Shown here one piece after another: positions 36,420 through 47,894 of a DNA stretch of 64,000 bases. This DNA is from Nitrosopumilaceae archaeon (GTDB taxonomy: Archaea > Thermoproteota > Nitrososphaeria > Nitrososphaerales > Nitrosopumilaceae). Numbering within the stretch: position 1 is the stretch's first letter; every line of letters starts with the position of its first letter. A program made the translations under genes and the position numbers. Under the pieces are notes generated by a model. That model did no database searches. It saw nothing but the letters and a program-made list of their open reading frames with translations, and was not told where the DNA came from. The stretch covers positions 13,904 through 77,903 of the forward strand of contig JBQTHX010000034.1 in assembly GCA_052389415.1 (NCBI GenBank), written 5' to 3'.

Positions 36420-37054
36420 TATGATTTTCTCCTTTCAATGACAGCTTTAACTTTTTTTAACCTTGCGAATTCTTCACGTTCTCTTTCTTCGAGTGTAGAA
36501 AGAATAAATTTAACTCGCAGTTGGTATTGTGGAATGATAACATTTTCTAGTGCATTAAGTAGCTTCTGAGTTTTTTCGAGGGCTTTTGCAAGGCTAAAGA
36601 TAGAGTTTTCATATTCAGCTGCCTTGCAGATTTGTGAAAGCATTGTCTTGATCTGTTTTGCAGCTCTATCTATTGAAGCGTTTGTATCAGCAAAACCATA
36701 GGGCATAGATTTTGTATCAGATTCTTTTACTGAAAGGGCCGGAATTGATACATCTACTACGCGTTTGACTGTTACATCAACTTGCATCACTGCTGGAGTA
36801 GATTGTGCGACAGAGTCTACGGTATTTGTACCCAATGAAAGATATGCATCGTTTACAGATCTGTATATATCCTGAAGTGGATTCCAGATGTCTCCTCTAG
36901 CTTTAGTTGCTTCATTTATCATTTCATCAATTCTTTTTAGTAAAACTTCACGTTTGTCATCAAGAATCTTTTGTACCATCTTTGCAACTTGGCTGGATCG
37001 TTTATACTTTAGGAGCTCTATTTTTGTTGCAGTGACATTTTGTCCAAAGGACAT
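36419..37054 (-). CDS. atpD: A-type ATP synthase subunit D
   Basis: TKIEL..LDDKREVL; NALENVIIP..LEEREREEF. Confidence 0.93.
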   Translation of the reverse strand: MSFGQNVTATKIELLKYKRSSQVAKMVQKILDDKREVLLKRIDEMINEATKARGDIWNPLQDIYRSVNDAYLSLGTNTVDSVAQSTPAVMQVDVTVKRVVDVSIPALSVKESDTKSMPYGFADTNASIDRAAKQIKTMLSQICKAAEYENSIFSLAKALEKTQKLLNALENVIIPQYQLRVKFILSTLEEREREEFARLKKVKAVIERRKS

Positions 37055-38440
37055 TTAGCTTGCCTTGTAATATTGATCGATAAATTTGTCTTTGACTTTG
37101 GTAAGCTCACCTTTTGGTAAGATAGAGCCAGTTTTCCATTCTAATCCAAGTGTTTCTTCAAGAACTCTATTTTCGTCCACACCTTGTGACAAGACATTTT
37201 GTTCAAACGCATCTCCTACGTCCATGTATTTTATATCGACTCCAGTAAGCCCTGCCTTTCCAACTATTTCAGAAAGAGCTCTTACTTCTTGTGCTCTTGA
37301 ATAGGCATCATACATTTGATTGGCAATTTCCATATGATCTGCACGTGTTCTTCCCTCACCTACACCATCTTTCATGATTCTACTAAGACTCATCAAGACA
37401 TTGACCGGTGGATAGATACCTTTCCTAAACAGATCTCTACCTAATACAATCTGACCTTCTGTAATGTACCCAGTAAGATCAGGAATTGGATGTGTGATAT
37501 CATCAGCTGGCATACTAAGTATTGGCATCTGTGTCACACTTCCCTTTTTATCACGTAGTCTTCCTGCTCTTTCGTAAATTGTTGAAAGGTCTGTATAGAG
37601 ATAGCCAGGATAACCTTTTCTTCCAGGTACTTCTTCTCTTGCTGCACTAATTTCACGCAGAGCCTCTGCATAATTTGTCATGTCTGTAAGAATAACAAGA
37701 ACATGCATGCCAAGGTCATATGCTAGATATTCAGCTACGGTAAGTGCAACACGAGGAGTAATGATTCTTTCAATTGCAGGGTCATCAGCTAGGTTAAGAA
37801 AGAGTACACTTCTTTTAAGAGCACCCGATTCTTCTAGACTTCGTTTGAAGTACTGTGCTTCACTGTATTGCACCCCAATTGCTGCAAAGACGACAGCAAA
37901 TTCTTCACCACTTCCTATTACTGTTGCTTGTCTTGCAATTTGAGCAGCTAAGATGTTATGTGACATTCCAGAACCAGAGAATATTGGAAGCTTTTGACCT
38001 CTCACGAGTGTCAACATTCCGTCTATGACTGAAACACCAGTTTGGATGAAGTCTTTTGGATATTCTCTCTGCTCTGGATTCATTGGTTCTCCGTTAATAT
38101 CTAAAAATTTTGAAGCTATTGGATCAGGCAATCCGTCATTTGGTCTGCCAAGTCCATCAAATACTCTACCAAGAACCTCAGCAGAGACTGGCATCGTCAT
38201 TGTTCTTCCGATAAATTTTGCTTTTGTTCCGGATATAGAAAGACCTGTTGTTCCTTCAAAAACCTGAACTACAGCTTTTCCGTTTCCAATTTCCAAAACT
38301 TTACCCAGTCTTTTTTCTCCATCTGTTGTCTGAATCTCTACAAGTTCGTCAAACGAAGCCTTCTCTACTCCATCAACTATAACAAGCGGTCCTTTAATTT
38401 CGGCTATTTTGCTGTATTCTATTCCGCCTTCTAGTGTCAA
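37055..38440 (-). CDS. atpB: A-type ATP synthase subunit B
   Basis: [28 protein letters not shown] and [15 protein letters not shown] motifs. Confidence 0.97.
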   Translation of the reverse strand: MTLEGGIEYSKIAEIKGPLVIVDGVEKASFDELVEIQTTDGEKRLGKVLEIGNGKAVVQVFEGTTGLSISGTKAKFIGRTMTMPVSAEVLGRVFDGLGRPNDGLPDPIASKFLDINGEPMNPEQREYPKDFIQTGVSVIDGMLTLVRGQKLPIFSGSGMSHNILAAQIARQATVIGSGEEFAVVFAAIGVQYSEAQYFKRSLEESGALKRSVLFLNLADDPAIERIITPRVALTVAEYLAYDLGMHVLVILTDMTNYAEALREISAAREEVPGRKGYPGYLYTDLSTIYERAGRLRDKKGSVTQMPILSMPADDITHPIPDLTGYITEGQIVLGRDLFRKGIYPPVNVLMSLSRIMKDGVGEGRTRADHMEIANQMYDAYSRAQEVRALSEIVGKAGLTGVDIKYMDVGDAFEQNVLSQGVDENRVLEETLGLEWKTGSILPKGELTKVKDKFIDQYYKAS

Positions 38441-40215
38441 GTCGCGACTTTCACTCCCATAATATTTTTGAATTGTTCGTTCATCAATGAATCAAGTTGG
38501 TCAAGTTTTTCGATTTGATCATCAGGAACCTCCATTCTTGCTTTTAAAATATTACTGATTACAGACATAGCGCGGATATCTGGAAGAGTTGCACCTTCCT
38601 TTAGCGCACGCTGACCTCCCTTGAAGAAGTTAACCATGAGTTTTAGAAGTTTGAGTTGTTTTTTAGGACTGCAATAAGTATCTACATTGTCAAAGGAGTT
38701 TTGTTGTAAGATTCCTATCTTTATCATTCTCGCAACTTCTAAGATTAATTTTTCTTCGTCAGGTAGTGCTTCAGGTCCCAGCAATCTTACGATTTCTTTG
38801 AGAGTATCTTCTCTTTGCAATACTGAATATGCCTCATTTCTTAAGTGCAACCATTCATCACTAACATTTGCACTCCACCATTTCGCAATATCAGAAAGAT
38901 AACCTGAATAACTATTCATCCAATTGATTGATGGGTAATGTCTAGAATATGCTAGTCTTGCATCTAATGCCCAGAAAGTCTTGATGAATCTAATGGTGTG
39001 AGTTGTAACGGGTTCTGTAAAGTCACCACCCGATGGCGATACAGCGCCGACAAGAGTTACGGATCCCTCTCTTTCTGGACCTCCAAGAGCACTTACACGT
39101 CCTGCTCTTTCATAAAATTCTGCTAATCTTGATGCAAGATATGATGGATAACCTTCTTCTGCTGGCATCTCTTCTAACCTTCCACTCATTTCACGTAAAG
39201 CTTCTGCCCATCTACTTGTAGAATCTGCAACAAGCACAACATGTTTTCCCATGTCTCTGTAATATTCAGCGATTGTAACTCCTGTGTAGATGCTTGCTTC
39301 TCTTGCAGCTACTGGCATGTTACTTGTATTTGCAACAAGTACAGTTCTTTCCATCAAAGGCCTTCCAGTGTTTGGATCTTTTAGATGTGGAAATTCTACA
39401 AGAACTTCGGTCATCTCATTTCCTCGTTCACCACATCCAATGTAAACTACGACTTGGGAGTCTGCCCACTTTGCAATTTGGTGTAGTGTTACAGTTTTTC
39501 CAGTACCAAATGCACCTGGAATAGAACCTGTTCCGCCTTTTGCTATTGGAAAGAACGTATCAATAACACGTTGTCCTGTAATCAGGGGTACTGTGGGATC
39601 AAATCTTTGTTTGTATGGTCGCGGTTTTCTTACCGGCCATCTATGATACATCTTTAGAGGTCTTTTCTTTCCATCACTTTCAGTGACAGCAATCTCTGTC
39701 TCAAGGTCGTATTCACCCTCGCTCACAATGCTGATAAGCTTGCTATCAGGATGATCAGGTGGAACAAGAATACTGTGTTTGATTAATTGAGTTTCGTCAA
39801 CTGTACCAAGGACATCTCCTCCCTGTATTTTATCACCTACTTTGACCGTTGGGGTAAACTTGTATTTTTTCGTCATATCTACGGGTGTTGTTGTAACACC
39901 TCTACCAATGAAAGCTCCAGATTTTTTAGAAAGTTCGTTTAATGGTCTTTGTATTCCATCATAAATTTGCCCAATTATTCCAGGACCAAGTAAAACACTT
40001 AATGGATTTCCAGTACCAATAACTGGTTCACCTGGTTTCAGTCCACTTGTTGATTCGTAAACTTGTATAAATGCAACGTCGCCTGTCAGACGAATTACTT
40101 CACCAATAAGATTCAAACTTCCTACTGAAACCGTTTCATACATTTTTGCATCAGACATTCCATCTGCTTTTACAGCAGGACCGCTAACCCAAACTATTTT
40201 TCCTTTTGCGACCAT
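38437..40215 (-). CDS. atpA: A-type ATP synthase subunit A
   Basis: [16 protein letters not shown] and [13 protein letters not shown] motifs; no intein. Confidence 0.97.
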   Translation of the reverse strand: MVAKGKIVWVSGPAVKADGMSDAKMYETVSVGSLNLIGEVIRLTGDVAFIQVYESTSGLKPGEPVIGTGNPLSVLLGPGIIGQIYDGIQRPLNELSKKSGAFIGRGVTTTPVDMTKKYKFTPTVKVGDKIQGGDVLGTVDETQLIKHSILVPPDHPDSKLISIVSEGEYDLETEIAVTESDGKKRPLKMYHRWPVRKPRPYKQRFDPTVPLITGQRVIDTFFPIAKGGTGSIPGAFGTGKTVTLHQIAKWADSQVVVYIGCGERGNEMTEVLVEFPHLKDPNTGRPLMERTVLVANTSNMPVAAREASIYTGVTIAEYYRDMGKHVVLVADSTSRWAEALREMSGRLEEMPAEEGYPSYLASRLAEFYERAGRVSALGGPEREGSVTLVGAVSPSGGDFTEPVTTHTIRFIKTFWALDARLAYSRHYPSINWMNSYSGYLSDIAKWWSANVSDEWLHLRNEAYSVLQREDTLKEIVRLLGPEALPDEEKLILEVARMIKIGILQQNSFDNVDTYCSPKKQLKLLKLMVNFFKGGQRALKEGATLPDIRAMSVISNILKARMEVPDDQIEKLDQLDSLMNEQFKNIMGVKVAT

Positions 40216-40217
40216 AA

Positions 40218-40811
40218 CTATCTGCCGAATCTGATTGCAATGTCTTTCCTTATTAAAGGCTTTAGACGTTCAATTCTCGCATCGATTGTATTATCGAAGC
40301 TCATCGATCCATCCTTTGATTTTACTACTAGACCACCAAGACAATTAATTGTTTTAGAAGATAATGTTGCACCTGGAAATTTAGATAAAATTGATTGAAC
40401 TACTGACTTGTCTTTTGAATTGCATTCAATAATAACATCAGAAGTCCCAAGTCCTTTTACTGATTCATCAAGTAATTGAGTCACAAGTTTAGTGTAATCT
40501 TCATTTCGTACCAAGTCATTCAGCTTTTCTATAGCTTTTGCAAATACTTTCTCAACAGATTCTTCAACGTGTAAGAGTTGCTTGTTCCTAGCTTCAAGAG
40601 CAGCACTGCCAGTGATTTGTTTTTGAAGTTTGTCAGCTTCCTTTTTACCATCTACAAGTATCCTATCATAATCTTGCTCCAGTGAAGAAAGCGAGTTTGA
40701 GAGCGTGTTCTTAGAGTCATCAAGTGATTGGCTTAAGGTCATCAGAAGTTCGTTTTCAGATTGATTCAGAATCTTATCAACAGTTTTCTCTAATGCAGGG
40801 CTAGATGTCAA
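40218..40811 (-). CDS. atpE: A-type ATP synthase subunit E
   Basis: Helical N-terminus, [17 protein letters not shown]; operon position. Confidence 0.9.
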   Translation of the reverse strand: MTSSPALEKTVDKILNQSENELLMTLSQSLDDSKNTLSNSLSSLEQDYDRILVDGKKEADKLQKQITGSAALEARNKQLLHVEESVEKVFAKAIEKLNDLVRNEDYTKLVTQLLDESVKGLGTSDVIIECNSKDKSVVQSILSKFPGATLSSKTINCLGGLVVKSKDGSMSFDNTIDARIERLKPLIRKDIAIRFGR

Positions 40812-40908
40812 CGATCAGGCGTTTTAATGCTAACAGATTTTAATGTTTTGACTCTGAAAAAAATTCTTAGAAACGTTTTAAAAACGTGAAATCACCCGAG
40901 AATCTGTC

Positions 40909-43011
40909 TTGGTTGTAGCAGAATTAATGTTGGGAACTATTATTGTACCAAGAACAGAGTCTCCAGAAGCGATTTCAAGGCTAACTGAATTTGAGTGGTT
41001 CCATAAGATAGAAACGCAAAATGATACTGTTACTCCTGAGATTGATGATCTGCTATTGAAAGTTCAAAAACTCTATCAAACAATTGATGAAGTTGTAAAA
41101 GGTCTTCAAATTCCAAGTAGAGTTGGAATAATGGAAATTTTGTTTAAAGGGTTAGTAATAAAAAGAAACCAGTATGAGCTTGATGAAATTGCAACTATGA
41201 TAAATGATTTGGAGAGAAAAAGTCATGCAATCATTGATGGACCGGCAAAACTTCTTGAGGATCATGGAAACACAAAACGTTCTCTTGAAGAATACACTAG
41301 CCTCAAAGAAACTCTAGAAGTTGTAAAAAAACTGAATATTAATTTAAGCAATCTTGGACAGATGAAATATTTTTACACAAATCTGTTTGTAATAAATTCC
41401 TCAGACTTCGCTGAGATTAATCGCACACTTGAAGGAATTACAATTTTCAAGTATGAACTAGATAGTAAGTTAAAAACAGCAATCATGATTTTTACTGATA
41501 GCCAAGACTCTGAACGAGTCCTCAAGGTTCTTCGAAGTTTCAATGCAAACCCGTTTATCATACCACAGGGAATTCCACAAAATCCTAGTCAAGCATATAG
41601 TCTAGTCGTTTCAAAAATTACTGAACTTACTGCCAAAGAAAAAAAACTTTCAAAGGAACTTGTAGAAACAAAAAAGAAAATTCGTGGTCCGATACTGTCA
41701 TTGCATGAAGGTTCCGGGATTGCAAAGGATGTCCTCGAAAAAATGCGCAAACCTGGAGGGACAAAACGATTTGCGGTAATACAAGGATACATCCCACGTA
41801 CAATGGAAAAAAAATTCATAGAAATAACAAAAAGATGGATGTCAATAACTGAGGAAATTGTTGATCCCAAATTACTCAGGGAGACTCCAGTTCTTTTTGC
41901 TAACAAGGCATGGACTAGAACATTTGAAGTCATTACAGAGAGTCAAGGAATACCGAAACGTGGTGAGGCGGACCCAACGCCGATGATAGCGATCATGTGG
42001 CCAATATTTTATGGGATCATGTTTGCTGATTTTGGCCATGGAATCTTGCTTATGCTTCTGGGATTACTGTTCAAATTCAAAGGTCAAGGAACACTTGCGA
42101 AATGGGGCATGCTAATTGCCATATCAGGTGGTTCAGCAGCCTTTGCCGGAATATTGACGGGCGAGGCATTTGGTTTTCATCTAGATGCATTTGCTCCGAT
42201 TCATGCACTCTTAGAAGAAGGTGGTCCACTTCATTCTATAGAGTGGTTAGTTGGAATCATTAGCGTATCTGAACTAAACTTTGAACAAGTGATTAGAATT
42301 CTAAAAGTTTCGATATTTCTTGGAATAATTCATCTAGTTTGGGCATTTGTTTTACACATCAGACGGCTTTATCGAAGAGGTGACAAGTTTACCATGTTTT
42401 CAGAAGCCATTCCAACTCTTGTAATGTATGGGGGAGTAGTAGTCATCATGATGACTGCCATTGGTTCTGGATACGACATAATGAACATGTATTCACGTAT
42501 TCACAATGAGCCTGTTCCTTGGGTCACAATACTTGTAGGTGATTGGGCACGTGTTTGGATTGTCGCAAGAATTGCGATACCTGTAACCATCGGTTGCATG
42601 GCAATGATAATGGTTGGAGGAGTACTTCACAATAAGAGACATCCAGGAGAAGGAGGCAGCATTATGAATGTTGTAATCGAAGTGCTATTAGTAAAAACTG
42701 TTGAGCTTTTATCACATACAATAAGTTATGCAAGAATTGGAATTATGCTTCTTGTTCATGCAGCACTTTTACTAACTGTAAATAATTCATATCATTCAAT
42801 GGGAGGAGCGGAGTCACCCGGTGGACTAGCTTTGATAATTGGCGGAAATCTTGGAATAATGATGATCGAAGGTTTGATCGTATACATTCAGTCTTTAAGG
42901 TTACATCTCTACGAATTTTTTACAAAATGGTATGATGGTGGTGGAAAACCATTCAAGAAGATTGCACCAGAGATGCTTTATAATCAACTCTTGTGGAAGA
43001 AAAGAGACTAG
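40909..43011 (+). CDS. atpI: A-type ATP synthase subunit I (a)
   Basis: DPTP..GIMFADFGHG, SYARI and QSLRLHLYEFFTKWY motifs. Confidence 0.95.
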   Translation: MVVAELMLGTIIVPRTESPEAISRLTEFEWFHKIETQNDTVTPEIDDLLLKVQKLYQTIDEVVKGLQIPSRVGIMEILFKGLVIKRNQYELDEIATMINDLERKSHAIIDGPAKLLEDHGNTKRSLEEYTSLKETLEVVKKLNINLSNLGQMKYFYTNLFVINSSDFAEINRTLEGITIFKYELDSKLKTAIMIFTDSQDSERVLKVLRSFNANPFIIPQGIPQNPSQAYSLVVSKITELTAKEKKLSKELVETKKKIRGPILSLHEGSGIAKDVLEKMRKPGGTKRFAVIQGYIPRTMEKKFIEITKRWMSITEEIVDPKLLRETPVLFANKAWTRTFEVITESQGIPKRGEADPTPMIAIMWPIFYGIMFADFGHGILLMLLGLLFKFKGQGTLAKWGMLIAISGGSAAFAGILTGEAFGFHLDAFAPIHALLEEGGPLHSIEWLVGIISVSELNFEQVIRILKVSIFLGIIHLVWAFVLHIRRLYRRGDKFTMFSEAIPTLVMYGGVVVIMMTAIGSGYDIMNMYSRIHNEPVPWVTILVGDWARVWIVARIAIPVTIGCMAMIMVGGVLHNKRHPGEGGSIMNVVIEVLLVKTVELLSHTISYARIGIMLLVHAALLLTVNNSYHSMGGAESPGGLALIIGGNLGIMMIEGLIVYIQSLRLHLYEFFTKWYDGGGKPFKKIAPEMLYNQLLWKKRD

Positions 43012-43784
43012 GCCACAGGTAATTCCAATCTATTTCCCCATTCTCCCCAAGAACCTAAATAGACTTTAACATTTTTGAATCCAAGTTTTTTTAGAGCTAG
43101 AAATGAGTTTGCTGCTCTATATCCACCTTGACAATAAGTCACTATCTCATCATATTGAGATAATTGTTGATAAAGTTCAAAAAGAGATTTACTGTCTTTC
43201 ATTGTTCCATCTTCTGTTATGTTACGGTTCCAATCAATGTGTATTGCTTTTGGAATATGACCACTTCTTGCAGCTCGTATTATTGTACCGTCAAATTCTT
43301 CCTTTGATCTAGCATCAACAAGTTTTATTTTGTCTAAATTTTTTTTTATGTATTCAAATCCCACAATGATTTCTTTGTTGAGTTTTCCAGAGAATTTTGA
43401 AGGTTTGAAGCCGTTTGTTTTTGTTTCTATGGGTAGACCTTCTTTTTTCCATTTTCTCATTCCACCCTCAAGCATGTAAACCTTTGAATGTGAAAGATAT
43501 AACAAGAGCCACACGCCTCGAGCTGCACTCATGCCGGAGATCTCATCATAAAATATGACTTTGCTTTCTGATGTTATTCCAACATAAGAAAATAGTTTTT
43601 GCATTTCCATGTCAAAGGCTTCCAAACCTTCTTTTGATGTATCAAACCAATGATACGAAAACAAGTCTAGATTCACAGCACCAGGAACATGTTCAACAGA
43701 ATAATCTTTGTATGATCTTGTGTCTATAACGATCAGGCTCTGATCGTCAAGCGTTCTTACCAATTCGTCAGTAGTGATAAACAT
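43008..43784 (-). CDS. Tandem-domain rhodanese/sulfurtransferase
   Basis: HVPGA, DARS, GHIPKA, YCQGGYRA and YLGSWGEW motifs. Confidence 0.92.
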   Translation of the reverse strand: MFITTDELVRTLDDQSLIVIDTRSYKDYSVEHVPGAVNLDLFSYHWFDTSKEGLEAFDMEMQKLFSYVGITSESKVIFYDEISGMSAARGVWLLLYLSHSKVYMLEGGMRKWKKEGLPIETKTNGFKPSKFSGKLNKEIIVGFEYIKKNLDKIKLVDARSKEEFDGTIIRAARSGHIPKAIHIDWNRNITEDGTMKDSKSLFELYQQLSQYDEIVTYCQGGYRAANSFLALKKLGFKNVKVYLGSWGEWGNRLELPVA

Positions 43785-43863
43785 GGAAGGAATTTAGTTG
43801 AAGATATCTAAATTCATTTCACAATAAGATTGAATAAAAATAAAAAGGAAAGTGTGAGTCGTA

Positions 43864-45333
43864 CTATTCGTTTACGTACGCTCTTTCTCCGTGCTGTGCT
43901 ATATCAAGACCTACTTCTTCCTCTTTTGGAGTAACTCGTATGCTTCCTGGCCACACTGCATCCATAATCTTGATTATGATTGCAGTAATACCTACTGCCC
44001 ATGCCATTGCTGCAAATGCACCAATTGCGTTGTTAAGTAGTTGTTGTGGATTTCCAAATGCGAGTCCATCAGCGCCCCATGGTGTAAATCGCTTTTCAGC
44101 AAATACACCAGTAAGGAGTGCACCGACTAATCCTCCAATGCCATGTACTGCCCATGTATCAAGTGCATCATCCCATTTGCGTCTGTTCTTAAACAGCACT
44201 GCGCCATAGCATACGCATGATGCAGCAATGCCGATAATAATTGCAGACATTGGGGAGACGAAACCTGATGCTGGTGTAATAGCTACAAGACCGGCTACAG
44301 CACCAGTTGCTGCGCCAATTGTAGAAGGTTTTCCAGTATGGGCCCATGATACTAACATCCATGTAACGGCTGCCATTCCTGTAGCAATTTGAGTTGCTAC
44401 AAATGCACTGACTGCGTTTGTGGCAGCTGCAAGTGCTGATCCAGCATTAAAGCCGAACCATCCAAACCAGAGCAAAGCTGCACCAAGAACTATCAGTGGT
44501 ATGTTGTGAGGTTCCATTGGAACCTTTCCATATCCTAATCTTCTGCCCAACATCAGAGCTATAACTAGTCCTGAGAAGCCAGATGTGATGTGGATTACGG
44601 TTCCGCCTGCAAAGTCAAGTGACGGAAGTGCGCCTGTCCAGCCTATTGCTGTACCACCAGTTCCTAGTGACCATGTCCAGTGAGCGGCAAAGTCATACAC
44701 GAATGTTGCCCATAGAAGTACAAAGATCACGAATGCACTAAACTTCATTCTTTCTGCTAATGAGGCTACAATTAGTGCGGGAGTGATTATAGCGAACATC
44801 ATCTGGAATACCATGACTGTCTGATTAGTAACAGTGACTCCGGTAATTCCACCGTAAACGTCTGATGGAACGTCATGAAGTACGTTATTGAGTCCTACCC
44901 AGTCTAAAGTGCCTATGAATCCATTTCCTGCATCTGGACCAAAGGCAAGACTGTAGCCCCATAGAGTCCATTGCACCGCGACAATTCCAGTTGTGATGAA
45001 TACCATCATCAACGAATTAGTTGCATTCTTTGATCTTGAAAGTCCAGCATAGAAAATTGCAAGTCCAGCGGGTGTCATTACCAACACGAGTGCTGAAGCA
45101 GTTAACATCCAAGCGGTGTCACCAGTATCTATCGGGCATGGAACTAAATTTCCATCTCCGTCTACTACCAGATTTTCGCTTTCATCTACTTCAAAGCAAT
45201 GATATTTTACTGCGGGATCGTCTGCCGTATAGGCAAAGGCGTTTCCCGAGAAATTTATTGCTAGTAGCGCAGAAGCTACTATTACAGCACTTATGGTAAG
45301 TACCTCGGACCTTCGTGCTCTCTTCCAAAACAT
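43864..45333 (-). CDS. amt: Ammonium transporter
   Basis: FQMMFAIIT, DFAGGTVIH, WFGWFGFNAGS and DDALD..VHG motifs; twin His intact. Confidence 0.96.
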   Translation of the reverse strand: MFWKRARRSEVLTISAVIVASALLAINFSGNAFAYTADDPAVKYHCFEVDESENLVVDGDGNLVPCPIDTGDTAWMLTASALVLVMTPAGLAIFYAGLSRSKNATNSLMMVFITTGIVAVQWTLWGYSLAFGPDAGNGFIGTLDWVGLNNVLHDVPSDVYGGITGVTVTNQTVMVFQMMFAIITPALIVASLAERMKFSAFVIFVLLWATFVYDFAAHWTWSLGTGGTAIGWTGALPSLDFAGGTVIHITSGFSGLVIALMLGRRLGYGKVPMEPHNIPLIVLGAALLWFGWFGFNAGSALAAATNAVSAFVATQIATGMAAVTWMLVSWAHTGKPSTIGAATGAVAGLVAITPASGFVSPMSAIIIGIAASCVCYGAVLFKNRRKWDDALDTWAVHGIGGLVGALLTGVFAEKRFTPWGADGLAFGNPQQLLNNAIGAFAAMAWAVGITAIIIKIMDAVWPGSIRVTPKEEEVGLDIAQHGERAYVNE

Positions 45334-45369
45334 TGGATCTTGTCCTTATTGAAAGTATAAAAAACATTG

Positions 45370-45469
45370 TATCATATTTGACGATTTTTATGATATATTA
45401 ATCAGATAATAAGTATTATAATGTACTGAATTATATGATAATAACGTAAAATGAAGATTTTATATCATA
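45370..45469. promoter_or_regulatory. Four TATGATA/TATCATA boxes in the amt divergent promoter region
   Basis: Copies at 45370-76, 45389-95, 45434-40 and 45463-69, forming two inverted pairs. Confidence 0.55.
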
Positions 45470-45533
45470 CCTATCAAAAATACGAGGTCATTAATTTTCA
45501 ATCTAATAAAATAATACGAAATAGATCATCTGT

Positions 45534-46238
45534 ATGAAAGAACAAGATTCATCCTTAAAATCTGTTGACGAACCAAAGCTGTCTATTTTTAAGACATTCA
45601 AAACAAGGAGAGAGAATCTAACTGGCGAGGCAATGCGTCAAAGATCAATCATAGCAAATCTTGCAACTGAGTCAAGACACATGATGAATACAAGGACTTC
45701 TTTAGCTCATAAAGTTGCAGAAAAGGGAAATACAGTGTGGCAAAATGTTTATTCCGGAATTTTTAGAGATCTTGATGAGGTCTTGCTTCCATTGGGAATT
45801 GTGGAGGAAGCAGGAAGGTTACCTCTAAAGCGAGGCCCAAAGGTTTTGCAAGAACATGGCATACCATATTACAAACTCACAGAGAGTGGCATGCTGGTAG
45901 CTACATCCCTTGATGAACTAAAGGATGAAAGGATAGAGATCCTAAAGAAATTCTTAGAGAATTATGAAATAAAAGAGGAAGAATTCAAAGAAGTGATTCT
46001 TACACTCCTGAATGTGGCGCCAAATTTTGTCTTTGCGTTACTTAGAAAATATGTTGAAGCATATGTTGATAAAAAGTTAGAGAAGCTTACTCCGTTTAAT
46101 TCAAATCGCTTGAAATATGCGCTTGATAAATCGTTGTCTACTTATGTTGAACTTTTAGAGGGTTTTTCTTCCTTGACAAGTTCTGAACGTGAATCTATAA
46201 TCAATTTTTTCCAATCAAATCTTATCTCCAAACATTAA
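45534..46238 (+). CDS. Hypothetical protein with probable winged helix, divergent from amt
   Basis: TRTSLAHKVA..YSGIFRDLDEVLLPLGIVE..PYYKLTESG wing signature. Confidence 0.6.
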   Translation: MKEQDSSLKSVDEPKLSIFKTFKTRRENLTGEAMRQRSIIANLATESRHMMNTRTSLAHKVAEKGNTVWQNVYSGIFRDLDEVLLPLGIVEEAGRLPLKRGPKVLQEHGIPYYKLTESGMLVATSLDELKDERIEILKKFLENYEIKEEEFKEVILTLLNVAPNFVFALLRKYVEAYVDKKLEKLTPFNSNRLKYALDKSLSTYVELLEGFSSLTSSERESIINFFQSNLISKH

Positions 46239-46264
46239 AATCCTAACTAAAGAGAAGTTACATA

Positions 46265-47311
46265 ATGGGCATAGGTGCTCCCCAGAAAATATTTGGTTCA
46301 GTAAAATCATTTAGTGCCCGTGGCAGGTTACTTGGAAAAGGAGAATTGCAAACACTGGCCGAATCACGAAATCTGGATGAACTTGTAACAAGAATAAAGA
46401 GTACGGTATACATTAATGCTGTATCAAAAATTACAAAACCAATCACCGCCGAAAAAATTGAATCAGCTCTTAGGAGTCATCTTGCGGATATCCATTTTTC
46501 ATTAGCAAAATCTGTGGGCGGAGGCTCTGAAATCCTAAATGTATACTATCTAAAATTCTTGATTTGGAATTTGAAGCTTATTTTCAAAGGAAAAGTATTA
46601 GGAAGATCCTATGAAGAAATAGAACCATATGTAAATTTGCATGCTGAAGAATTGATAGGCAGACGTGACATGGTAGTAAAAGCACTTGTAGCAAAGGATA
46701 TCGAGGAGGCTGTATCAAGTCTTGCCGCGAGTGAGTTTGGTGAAGAGATTGCAAAAGCGGTTACATTGTATAATGAAAAAAAGAATCTTCAAGTATTTGA
46801 TACGTATTTAGACAAAGTTTTTTACAAACAACTAGACAGTGCAGTAAAAGCATCTGGAGAACATGATCTTGTACATTTGATAAGTTTGGATATTGATTTT
46901 TACAATATACTTAGCATTTTACGCGGAAAGTTCTGGGGCCTTGATGAACAACACATCCTGGATCTTATTGTAACACAAACCGGATCAGCGCCTAAAGATT
47001 TGCTTGGGAGAATGATTAGTGCAGAATCTGTAAAAGATGCAATGTCAGAATTGTCAAGTACTGCTTACAAGGAATTGATTCCACAAACCGATAATCCTAT
47101 TGATGCGTTATCAGAATTTGAAAGAGCTTTTGAACTTGCTATTTACAAAGCAATTAACAGGACTTTTTCACGAATGTTTAGCTTTGCTACTGTGATTGGA
47201 ATATTGAAGCTTACAACCTATGAAATAAGAAACCTATCTGCAATCGCGTTTGCAGTAGAACAACAAATACCAGTACAATCAGTAATGACAAAACTTGTTA
47301 TCGAAGAGTAG
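46265..47311 (+). CDS. atpC: A-type ATP synthase subunit C
   Basis: NLKLIFKGK, IDFYNILSILRGK and YEIRNL motifs; 348 aa. Confidence 0.88.
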   Translation: MGIGAPQKIFGSVKSFSARGRLLGKGELQTLAESRNLDELVTRIKSTVYINAVSKITKPITAEKIESALRSHLADIHFSLAKSVGGGSEILNVYYLKFLIWNLKLIFKGKVLGRSYEEIEPYVNLHAEELIGRRDMVVKALVAKDIEEAVSSLAASEFGEEIAKAVTLYNEKKNLQVFDTYLDKVFYKQLDSAVKASGEHDLVHLISLDIDFYNILSILRGKFWGLDEQHILDLIVTQTGSAPKDLLGRMISAESVKDAMSELSSTAYKELIPQTDNPIDALSEFERAFELAIYKAINRTFSRMFSFATVIGILKLTTYEIRNLSAIAFAVEQQIPVQSVMTKLVIEE

Positions 47312-47566
47312 CAGTATTGTATAATTGATAGATTCCAATAAAAAATTCATGATTTTTGTTTATTTGTTAATATGTGATTAAAAAAATTCTGTCTTTTAGA
47401 GCCACAAAAATGAATATACTTTGATAATCTCATATCCTTTATCAGATTTTAACAAAGAATTACAATATTTTGTTTATTAGATATAAAATAACACATATAA
47501 AAAAAATATAAGAAAAATTTCATACTACGTAAATTTATAACCAATTTTTCACGATTATTATATGAA

Positions 47567-47860
47567 ATGATGTTGTCTGATCAAAAAAATTTAACATTGA
47601 TTACCCATACGCCAGTTAGACAAGATAGTCAGATGTTTAGAAAAAAACAAGAATTGAGCGTTGAGACTATTGTTAACACAGCCTGGGTAAGTACATTTCT
47701 TGCCCTGATACTAACAATCCCTTCTCTGGTGATATTTATGGGAATCTACTTTAGTACAGGAAATATCCTGTTAGGCGTATTGGTTGGTTTTGGCCTTCAC
47801 TTTGTAGGCCTTGGTTATTCTGACAAGATATCAAAAGGACTTTTACGATTAGTGAGCTAA
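47567..47860 (+). CDS. Small membrane protein (2 TM)
   Basis: Two hydrophobic helices; TTTATAA upstream. Confidence 0.6.
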   Translation: MMLSDQKNLTLITHTPVRQDSQMFRKKQELSVETIVNTAWVSTFLALILTIPSLVIFMGIYFSTGNILLGVLVGFGLHFVGLGYSDKISKGLLRLVS

Positions 47861-47894
47861 ATATATTACAGACACAGAACTAGGAATACCCACC

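Noticed and set aside
47312-47566. AT-rich gap as replication origin or ncRNA
   Set aside because: No ORB-like G-string repeats, no cdc6 and no GC-rich stems
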